Source: Candidatus Angelobacter sp.
GTDB lineage: Bacteria > Acidobacteriota > Terriglobia > Terriglobales > Acidobacteriaceae
DNA length: 49,724 nucleotides
Direction: 5' to 3'
Assembly (NCBI GenBank): GCA_035652415.1
Contig: DASRDW010000014.1
Span: 1-49,724, forward strand
The notes under the pieces were generated by a model. The model was not told the DNA's origin. It saw nothing but the letters and a program-made list of their open reading frames with translations, and ran no database searches. Made by a program: the position numbers and the translations under genes. Positions 28,701 to 34,934 of this stretch are shown here, piece after piece; the stretch's first letter is position 1, and each line of letters begins with the position of its first letter.

Positions 28701-29971
28701 CCGTCGTTCAATCGGTTACAGTACCTGCCGGCGCAGGCACATTTTCATTTACCAATGTGGCGGCCGGAACGTACACAATCGTGCTGACGAACTCAGCTGC
28801 GTCAACTGTGGCGGCTGCGCCCACTGGATTTGCTTTTGTCACGCCCGGCACCGGGCAGTTGCAACTCACAGTTTCCAATGGCGTTCTCAACAATGAGAAT
28901 TTCGGGCTCTTTAAAGGCAGTATGGTGACCGGAAGGATTTTTAAAGACAACGGCGCAGGTGGCGGCACGGCCAACAACGGAATCCTTGATGGCGCCGAGG
29001 CAGGGCTCTCCGGCGTATCCATAAAAGCCACTGACGGCGGCAGCACCGTGTTTGATACAGAGGTGTCCGGCAGCGACGGTTCTTACTCGCTTTTCATCAC
29101 AGCCGGCGCGACTACTGTGGCGATCGTCAAAACCAATCCAGCAAACTACATTGCGACCGGCGCGTCGGTTGGCACCACGGTAGGCGGCTACAATCGCGCC
29201 ACAGACACTGTTACCTTCACCAAGGCGACTGAAGGCTTTTTTACCGGCGTGAATTTCGGCGTGGTTCCTGTGAACACTTTCCAGGCTGACGGCGCGCAGC
29301 AGGCGCTTCCAAACACTACGCTCTTCTACGCGCATATTTTCAGTCCAGGAACAGCAGGGCAGGTCACCTTTACCATTGCGTCAACAACATCCCCGAGCAA
29401 TGTTCTGTTCAGCCACATTCTTTATCAGGACACCGCTTGCAGCGGCGTTATCACTGCCAGTGATCCAGTGATTTCTGGTCCGGTTACCACCGTTGCGGGA
29501 ACGAATCTATGTATCCTGATGAAGGTTACCGTGCCGAGCGGTGCACCCTTGAATTCGAGCGATGCAGCCGTGTTGACCGCCAGCTTCTCTTATACCAATG
29601 CCAACCCGGCACTCAATGCCACATATACAGTGAAAGACCTGACCACAGTGGGTACGCCAACTACTGCAGGTTTGCGTCTGGAGAAGGCTGTTGATAAGGC
29701 AACTGCCCTGCCGGGCGCGAACCTCACTTACACGCTGACATTCACCAATGACAGCAGCGGCGCCATCTCCAACATCGTCATCAATGATGCGACACCTGCA
29801 TACACAAATTTTGTCAGCGCCGCCTGCGGTGCTCCGTTGCCAGCCAGCCTGACAGCGTGCTCCGTTACTGCGCCCGCAGCTGGCCAGACGGGAAACATTC
29901 AGTGGACATTCACGGGTACCCTCAATCCCAGCCAGACCGGGACGGTCTCGTTTGTCGTCAAAATCCAGTAA
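25748..29971 (+). CDS. Secreted 1407-aa multidomain protein: propeller-like N-terminus, SdrD-B/CnaB-like domains, parallel beta-helix repeats, C-terminal DUF11
   Basis: Its ATG overlaps the upstream stop (ATGA). The N-terminus has Val/Gly/Thr-rich repeated blades (VIYFIT, VLYGVD, LYMVAG, QMLVAD). SdrD-B-like motifs are ISGTVFEDVNYGGGAG, VNGTVYLDTNHNGALDSGE and VTGRIFKDNGAGGGTANNGILDG. Beta-helix repeats include NNEVRGNGINNPG, NTVTGNGTGSG, NVISSNVGAGI and NSISLNGTAGG. The terminal DUF11 is LTYTLTFTNDSSGAISNIVINDATPAYT...VSFVVKIQ. Confidence 0.75.
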   Translation: MSLMQQKRVCRAAWKTLCLLRTAVLSPRFVWGCAVFLLLLASIVDARAADVRDQVYAVGVDVRNIYLVNANGTVTSQFSNYSATASAAAAQRASDGVIYFITQVANGTVFTWNPATPATAPVQLGTTGASVPYIPRLAFSASGVLYGVDTNTANLYIIDQSTGAATVVGALSGVPVNLGGDIGFGPDGTLYMVAGVTIYTVPLTGGAVTSLGTISGISRNATAIVGITFNASGQMLVADDQTPAKLYTVALPSRVATALSGTMATSQGDLASAPRVQISGTVFEDVNYGGGAGRSLASSAGVGVANARVELYDASGNFVAFTTTNASGSYTLTGAPGLTYTIRVVNSSVDSTRPGSVAALIGVQTFRTSGLTGTVGTADTNRVGGEDPTKIDAGNGSTTLAALTTSTTTAESITSVSLGASSVTGIDFGFNFDTIVSTRDSGQGTLRQFITNSNTLTNAGLSQSGQTAGVETSIFMISNGAAVPGLRAGLTNQLTGSVAQIIPATQLPAITDSNTSIDGTTQTSNLNDTNSGTLGAGGTVGVDSLTLSTVNRPDVQISTAQGTIGLGIQIQGSNTRLRGLAIFGFGTAANTNGSANIEIETGGSNASLKQLIVGTSATAFSDPGATVRSRGDNIRSNGGDSGTVQNSLIGFSQGKGIALEATSTGWTIQNNEVRGNGINNPGFGGMNIGTGSTATVSGNLFIASQGPGIDTSQSSGGYTLTDNTVTGNGTGSGATLVDAGIRIFGSGNTVSKNVISSNVGAGILVTLGSPTTTITRNSISLNGTAGGTPTHEVGIDLLSASDNQLLGTSPFVTLNSAGTHTGGNGLLNYPILQTATISSGILTLTGFARPGSVIELFIANPDPSGFGQGQTFVTTLTEGSASDLDNTTGTYGPAAINGISQGTDTTNRFKFVITVPSGVGTGTVLTATATLGGATSEFSGNVTVSVSTVVNGTVYLDTNHNGALDSGETWTSGAPVFVNLVSSGAVVQSVTVPAGAGTFSFTNVAAGTYTIVLTNSAASTVAAAPTGFAFVTPGTGQLQLTVSNGVLNNENFGLFKGSMVTGRIFKDNGAGGGTANNGILDGAEAGLSGVSIKATDGGSTVFDTEVSGSDGSYSLFITAGATTVAIVKTNPANYIATGASVGTTVGGYNRATDTVTFTKATEGFFTGVNFGVVPVNTFQADGAQQALPNTTLFYAHIFSPGTAGQVTFTIASTTSPSNVLFSHILYQDTACSGVITASDPVISGPVTTVAGTNLCILMKVTVPSGAPLNSSDAAVLTASFSYTNANPALNATYTVKDLTTVGTPTTAGLRLEKAVDKATALPGANLTYTLTFTNDSSGAISNIVINDATPAYTNFVSAACGAPLPASLTACSVTAPAAGQTGNIQWTFTGTLNPSQTGTVSFVVKIQ

Positions 29972-30676
29972 GGTGACCAACCTTTTATTTTAGAACGCTG
30001 TTGATTAAACAGCTCTGTGCGCTTGCGCTTTCATAGCTGAAGCCAGCGGTTTTGATTGGCGCAGAGAGTCAGTTGCCTTGCGATGAACTTACGCATGGAG
30101 TACAGGTTGACAAGGACTGTTTCATTTCCGCAGCGCTAGTCTTCAGTCAGCTTTGCGCGTGCATTTCAAACGTATCTATCCTGATGCTTTTTGATAAGAC
30201 GAATGCCTCTTCCAGTTTGGATCTTGTTCTCGCGCAATTGAACCTGATTTCAAAATAGGGAAAACTTTCGGCCTACCGTCGAGGGAATAGAGGTACAAGT
30301 TATAACAGCTTATTTTTTGTGAAGTTTTTGGAGCCATAATCCTTGACTGGCCAAAGGACTTCGGCTAATTTTTATCCCCGAGTGAGATCCGTTTCGTTCT
30401 CATTTCGGGAAGACTCCTTCCACGGACTTGTGATGTTGTAGGCAGTGGAGAGTAGTGGGAACCACCACAACTTTCAACTTGCCATAACGCCGGTGGACAG
30501 CTGCTTTGTCCATTGAGCTGAAAATCATCCACAACACTGTTTGCATCTACCGCAATCAGTTCGTAGCTCTTTTTATATTTATCCAGTGATTTGGGTGAAA
30601 GAGATTGATGTGAAAAAAAGGCGCTTTTCCGCCAGCTTTTCCGCCATTCATCTTGAACGCCGCGTTTCTGATCACT

Positions 30677-30692
30677 CGGACATGCAATTGCT
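30677..30692 (+). promoter_or_regulatory. Weak candidate sigma-54 promoter CGGACA-TGCAA-TTGCT
   Basis: GG and GC are at the correct spacing and the -12 TTGCT is perfect, but the -24 half is poor apart from GG. It lies about 48 nt upstream of the peptide gene ATG. Confidence 0.3.
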
Positions 30693-30739
30693 GCTTTCGT
30701 TGTACACACGTACAGCGATTGCTGAAAGAGAGAACTGCA

Positions 30740-30994
30740 ATGAAGAAGAATAAGATGTTGATGCTGGGAAGCGTGGGCGCTATGCTCCTGAGCGGTGCAT
30801 TGTTGATTACGCCCGCCAGCGCCACCACAAGCTCCTTTTGCACTACTTGTTCCAAACTAATCAATGGAACAGCTCTTGAGGTGTCGAACTGCAAAACATC
30901 CACCACGAATGTGTGCTTTTGTCCGCTGACGCCTCCTCTGTTCTCTAATAACTGCGTTCCGCCTGCTGGAACTGCAGACAAAGCGTTGAAATAG
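30740..30994 (+). CDS. Small secreted six-cysteine peptide precursor (84 aa; about 56-aa mature part)
   Basis: The signal is MKKNKMLMLGSVGAMLLSGALLITPASA. The mature part is TTSSFCTTCSKLINGTALEVSNCKTSTTNVCFCPLTPPLFSNNCVPPAGTADKALK. The longer 30653 ORF start lacks a signal peptide and looks less plausible. Confidence 0.5.
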   Translation: MKKNKMLMLGSVGAMLLSGALLITPASATTSSFCTTCSKLINGTALEVSNCKTSTTNVCFCPLTPPLFSNNCVPPAGTADKALK

Positions 30995-31006
30995 AGCAAC
31001 CCATTT

Positions 31007-31546
31007 ATGCGCAGCCCACTTTTGTTTGCGATCCTGGGACTTCTCGCGGTGGAGGCATTTTTACTTCCACGCACCAGTAAGGACTTCCAGATCCTGCAAA
31101 AAGCACGCATGGAGATGATGCCGGAGAGTGGCCGTCCTTTGTTGCTTGGCCCTTTTGTCGCATACGACAGGGATGGCCATCCTCTGGCGCTTACTACCGA
31201 CGAAACCAGGTGGATTCTGCCGATCGTCATACATTCCAACCGGGCGAATTCTGATCTTAATTATCTGGAAAGACTGCGAAAAGCGTTCCCCAGCCGCGCC
31301 CTTGCGCTTATAGGAGTATGTGACCAGAGCCCATGCAGCGCCAATGACCAAAACGTCCGAAGCGCCAGCAGTGATTTCCCAATTCTTGTTTATGGCTCGT
31401 ATGCTCCGCTGAAAGACATTCTGCGCTTTGACGATCACAATGAAGTTTTGCTGACAAACCAGTTCTGGGGAGTGGAAAAATCGCTGCCTCGTGCTTCTTC
31501 TGCGGAAGAGATGGCTGAGAGCTTAAAGAAAGTGACAAGGCCATGA
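31007..31546 (+). CDS. Membrane-anchored or secreted TlpA-like thioredoxin-fold protein lacking the CxxC motif
   Basis: The N-terminal hydrophobic segment is MRSPLLFAILGLLAVEAFLL. The TlpA-like layout is FVAYDRDGHPLALTTDETRWILPIVIHSNRANSDLNYLERLRKAF...ALIGVCD...EVLLTNQFWGV, with SNRANS where WCxxC is expected. Assignment is by pattern only. Confidence 0.45.
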   Translation: MRSPLLFAILGLLAVEAFLLPRTSKDFQILQKARMEMMPESGRPLLLGPFVAYDRDGHPLALTTDETRWILPIVIHSNRANSDLNYLERLRKAFPSRALALIGVCDQSPCSANDQNVRSASSDFPILVYGSYAPLKDILRFDDHNEVLLTNQFWGVEKSLPRASSAEEMAESLKKVTRP

Positions 31547-32046
31547 ATCGGCTCAAGGGCCTCGAATTCTGGTGTCTCTTCTTGCTTATGGTGAATATGG
31601 CCACGGCTGGCACGGATTTCTATTTTCGGCATTTGACCGCCGCGTTGGATCCTTATCCTCAGGGGCACAAAGTTGCCGACGTGCCTGGCATCACAGTCAG
31701 CGACAGCCCTGAGGAATCCGGAAAGGCCTGCCATTTGGTGCGATACGCCAGCACCAATTGCGGCTACTGCGCGCCAAAGTATTCACAGCCCTGGAATGAA
31801 CTGGAAAAGGAACTCACGGACAAAGGTTGTGATTCGATCATCGTGAGCCCATATTCAAGCGATCTGCCGCAAGAAAATGGAACCCCGGAGCAAAAAATGG
31901 CCGGCGTCTCCGCACAATTCATCAGAAGCACCGGTTTCAACTCTACGCCCACCACCTTGTTGCTTGATCGCGATTGGAAAGTTGTGTGGGCCCACAAAGG
32001 CGTAGTAGAGCCCCGCGATTCGCAGCAAGCAAAAAATAGCTTTTAG
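31543..32046 (+). CDS. TlpA/ResA-like thiol-disulfide oxidoreductase (CGYC active site)
   Basis: It overlaps the upstream gene by ATGA. It has an N-terminal hydrophobic segment. The thioredoxin-fold layout is CHLVRYASTNCGYCAPKYSQPWNELEKEL...IIVSPY...TPTTLLLDRDWKVVWAHKG. Confidence 0.65.
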   Translation: MNRLKGLEFWCLFLLMVNMATAGTDFYFRHLTAALDPYPQGHKVADVPGITVSDSPEESGKACHLVRYASTNCGYCAPKYSQPWNELEKELTDKGCDSIIVSPYSSDLPQENGTPEQKMAGVSAQFIRSTGFNSTPTTLLLDRDWKVVWAHKGVVEPRDSQQAKNSF

Positions 32047-32070
32047 CATCGATTCGTGCTGTCAGGCTGC

Positions 32071-32433
32071 TTATGCCAGCGGCGTTGTAGAGCAGCAATG
32101 GAGCAGCTTGCTCTCCAGCGGCACCCAAAAGCTTTCGTACTCGCGGCTTCTTTGCGTGGCCACCAGCAGCATCATGGTGCCTTCATCTTCCGGCACATCA
32201 TCAATGCGGTAAACCACAGGAAACGCAAATTGATCAATCAGGCCAGTGGGACCGTAGTGGATCACGGTGACAGTGTCATCGTGCGCAACAAGGGAGTAGT
32301 AGGTGTCAGATTCTGCCTGTGACTGCAGGACCTGTTGCAAAATGCTTATGCTGACCAAATAACAGAGTTCCATAGTGGCGGAAATTTCCTTCCTGGCTAA
32401 AAGCCCCCGAAAGTCCACATCTAAACTGGGCAC
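32071..32433 (-). CDS. Hypothetical protein (no recognisable domain; start uncertain, alternative ATG at 32373)
   Basis: Open frame only. It is convergent with the thioredoxin-like gene. I recognise no motifs. Confidence 0.3.
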   Translation of the reverse strand: MPSLDVDFRGLLARKEISATMELCYLVSISILQQVLQSQAESDTYYSLVAHDDTVTVIHYGPTGLIDQFAFPVVYRIDDVPEDEGTMMLLVATQRSREYESFWVPLESKLLHCCSTTPLA

Positions 32434-33015
32434 CTCTTGAGATAGTGCTCCGTATAACTCATCCGTTTCGGAGCCTACTCACTTCTCTTTACTAAGGGTT
32501 TTACGGCCAGGATATTACGCTTTCATTGGAGTTTGATTAAAAGAATTAATTTTTAGGTAATAAGGTGGCATCTTTGCTTGCTTTTAGAAATCAATGATTT
32601 AAAGGTCTATGGGCCAAGACGGATTAAGACGCTTTAGGCTCTAAAATCTGTAGGACGACTAGAAAGGGGAGGGTCTTTCCGACCCTTATACGGTCTTCAC
32701 AGAATTCTATTGCGATATTGCGGCTATTCCGTTCTTAAAAATCCCAATCAATGCGCGGCTTGCGGAATGCGATTGCTCTCTCTCCAAAACTGGTGACAAA
32801 CCAGATCACGTGGGATGTGCTTATTCAGGGATGAGGTGCAGAGTGTACTGAAAGAGATGTTCATTTTCGAACGCAGCATTTCGTTTCTGCACACTATTGT
32901 GCTGGTTCTGTAAAACATAAGTAAAACACGGTGTCAGCAGGCAGAAGATGCTAACTCGCACATTTTTTTAGCGTCTAACAGAGTATAGAGCAATAAAACA
33001 GCAGAGCTTTTTTGC

Positions 33016-33031
33016 TGGCAACGTATTTGCA
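33016..33031 (+). promoter_or_regulatory. Candidate sigma-54 (-24/-12) promoter TGGCAA-CGTAT-TTGCA
   Basis: It is a near-consensus match to TGGCAC-N5-TTGCW with exact GG/GC spacing. It lies in an AT-rich non-coding region about 245 nt upstream of the next CDS. Confidence 0.55.
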
Positions 33032-33279
33032 TTTAATCGCTGCTGACGATGCTGTATAGCGGCAGGAGAGTTCAAAGGGGTTAGAGGGAGTGTCCGCGCC
33101 TATGGTTTGGCGGCCCAGGCGAGAACAGTCCCTGGAAAGCGGTGCGTTTACGCGCATTAGCTCTATAACCCCCAGCGCTGAATTGTAGGCCATCGGCGAA
33201 AAAAAGCAATTGCTGATTGGCTTAATGTGGGCCGCCCCAGCTGGTCCCGACGCTAATCGGGAAGACAAGAGGAGCGGTG

Positions 33280-33681
33280 ATGAAGTTTGCGCTATTTTCC
33301 AAGATCATAATTGCATCGCTGGCATTAATGCTCGCCGGCAGCGCGTTCGCAATCAATGATTCCCATAAGGTTAATTTTAAAATCTCAGAACCCACGCAGG
33401 TGAATGGCACGCAGTTGCCTGCAGGCCAATATCAAGCGCGTTGGGAAGGCTCTGGCCCTGCGGTCCAGGTAAGCATCATTCAAAACATGAAAGTGGTGGC
33501 CACAGTGCCGGGCCAACTGGTTGACAGAGACCATGCAGCACTATACAACGCAGTTGAAACCAAAAATAATTCCAACGGTCAACCTGAGCTAACGGCGCTG
33601 CTTTTTTCTGGCAAGAAATATACGTTGCAATTGGGCTCAGAATCAGCCAATGCGCAAGGTAAGACGGAGTCAACCGACTAA
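33280..33681 (+). CDS. Small secreted protein of unknown function (133 aa)
   Basis: The ATG at 33280 follows GAGGAG. The signal peptide is MKFALFSKIIIASLALMLAGSAFA. The mature part is beta-rich (QLPAGQYQARWEGSGPAVQVSII...). Confidence 0.7.
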   Translation: MKFALFSKIIIASLALMLAGSAFAINDSHKVNFKISEPTQVNGTQLPAGQYQARWEGSGPAVQVSIIQNMKVVATVPGQLVDRDHAALYNAVETKNNSNGQPELTALLFSGKKYTLQLGSESANAQGKTESTD

Positions 33682-33713
33682 AGAGCAGAGTGAAAATACT
33701 TGAGCTTACAAGA

Positions 33714-33741
33714 GGGAGCAGGCAACTGCTCCCTTTTTTTT
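33714..33741 (+). terminator. Rho-independent terminator
   Basis: GGGAGCAG-gcaa-CTGCTCCC is followed by TTTTTTTT, 33 nt after the stop codon at 33681. Confidence 0.8.
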
Positions 33742-33914
33742 CCGTTCCAAGTATGCAAGAACTTTCACGGCCAGAGGAGACTGAGTTTTTGCATGGGATG
33801 CCGGACTCTCTACAGGTCACTGGTAGTGCAATATTCATGCAGGACTGCAGTAGCGACTTACCATTCATGTATACTTTTTGAGAACTGGCCGGAACATTAG
33901 TGGAGGAGCTTGAT

Positions 33915-34319
33915 ATGCAATTTGATTTGCGGCAATCCCTTCGTATGGCGATTGCCACTGCGTTGGTTGCACTCTTCATTGTTCCCACGGAGGCGCTCGC
34001 GCAGAGCCACGTGGTCAGCCCCGCCGACCTGCAACAAAAAGCAGTAGCAGCGTCGCAGGCGAGACAGCACAACCTGGAAACGGTACAGCAGTTTCTCTCT
34101 ACCCCAACTGCGGAAAAAGCCATGCAATCGGCCAAGATGGACCCGCAGCAGGTAAAGACGGCTGTTTCCACGCTTAATGACCAAGAATTGGCCCAACTTG
34201 CCGCGCGTGCTGATAAGGCGCAGGCCGACTTTGCCGCCGGTAATCTCAGTGAACGTGATTTGGTTCTGATCATTCTGGGTGTTGCGGTGCTGATCCTGAT
34301 TATTGTGGCAGTCCGCTGA
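33915..34319 (+). CDS. Small exported protein with an N-terminal signal and a C-terminal TM anchor (reminiscent of the PA2779 family)
   Basis: The ATG at 33915 follows GGAGGAG. The signal is MQFDLRQSLRMAIATALVALFIVPTEALA. The middle is Gln/Ala-rich and helical. The C-terminal anchor is LVLIILGVAVLILIIVAVR. The family name comes from memory of gene neighbourhoods and is unverified. Confidence 0.55.
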   Translation: MQFDLRQSLRMAIATALVALFIVPTEALAQSHVVSPADLQQKAVAASQARQHNLETVQQFLSTPTAEKAMQSAKMDPQQVKTAVSTLNDQELAQLAARADKAQADFAAGNLSERDLVLIILGVAVLILIIVAVR

Positions 34320-34328
34320 CGAAATTTC

Positions 34329-34901
34329 ATGGTTCGAAACATGCCGCAGAGACTTAAAGCATTACCGCGTCTCTGCGGCTTTGCTTTGGCAGCAACTCTT
34401 CTTGCTGTAAGCGTTTTTGCTGCGCCCCCCGGAGTCTGGCTTGACGTGCCATTTATCAAGCAAGAGAAAGATGGCTGCGGTCCGGCCAGCATTGCCATGG
34501 TGATGCAGTACTGGCTTAAGCAGAAAGCGCGTCCTGTTGACGCAAGCGCTGACGTATCTGTGATCCAGCACGCTCTTGTTTCCGGGAAAGAACACGGAAC
34601 CCGCGCTTCTGCCATGGAGCAATACTTCCAACAGCACGGCTTTCAGACTTTCGCCTTCGCAGGCAAATGGGATGACCTGAAACAACATCTGGATAAAGGA
34701 CGTCCGCTGATCGTGGCGCTCAAACCGTCTGCACTGGAAAAATCTTTGCATTATGTGGTGGTGGTTGGTCTGGATCCTGAACAAGATGTTGTGCTCGTGA
34801 ATGATGCTGCCCAGCGTAAACTGCTTAAAGAAGAACGAACAAGTTTTGAAAGCCAGTGGAACGCCGTGGGGCGATGGACATTGCTGGCGCTGCCAAAGTA
34901 A
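34329..34901 (+). CDS. Secreted C39-like (papain-fold) cysteine peptidase
   Basis: It has a signal peptide (LAATLLAVSVFAAPPG). The catalytic Gln/Cys context is VPFIKQEKDGCGPASIAMVMQYW. The His/Asp context is LHYVVVVGLDPEQDVVLVNDAAQ. Confidence 0.7.
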   Translation: MVRNMPQRLKALPRLCGFALAATLLAVSVFAAPPGVWLDVPFIKQEKDGCGPASIAMVMQYWLKQKARPVDASADVSVIQHALVSGKEHGTRASAMEQYFQQHGFQTFAFAGKWDDLKQHLDKGRPLIVALKPSALEKSLHYVVVVGLDPEQDVVLVNDAAQRKLLKEERTSFESQWNAVGRWTLLALPK

Positions 34902-34934
34902 TCCAATTGAGAGGCCTTAATTAAGTCGCGACGA

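Noticed and set aside
30365-30709. 114-aa minus-strand ORF (and the overlapping 227-aa ORF at 30556-31239) in the gap after the DUF11 locus
   Set aside because: They have a GTG or unclear start and no RBS, signal or motif. The 227-aa ORF is antisense to the Cys-peptide and thioredoxin-like genes. The WRKSWRKS in the 114-aa ORF is simply the translation of the GCTTTTCCGCC direct repeat. I cannot exclude a small real gene at 30365-30709, but nothing supports one.
32564-32580. AGGTGGCATCTTTGCT sigma-54-like match
   Set aside because: Only GG and TTGC match, the -24 half is poor, and no plus-strand gene lies within about 700 nt.
33476-34615. 379-aa minus-strand ORF spanning three plus-strand genes
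   Set aside because: It is Cys/Ser/Ala/Arg-rich with no motifs. It runs antisense to three plus-strand genes that have clear signal peptides, RBSs, catalytic motifs and a terminator, so it is a shadow ORF.
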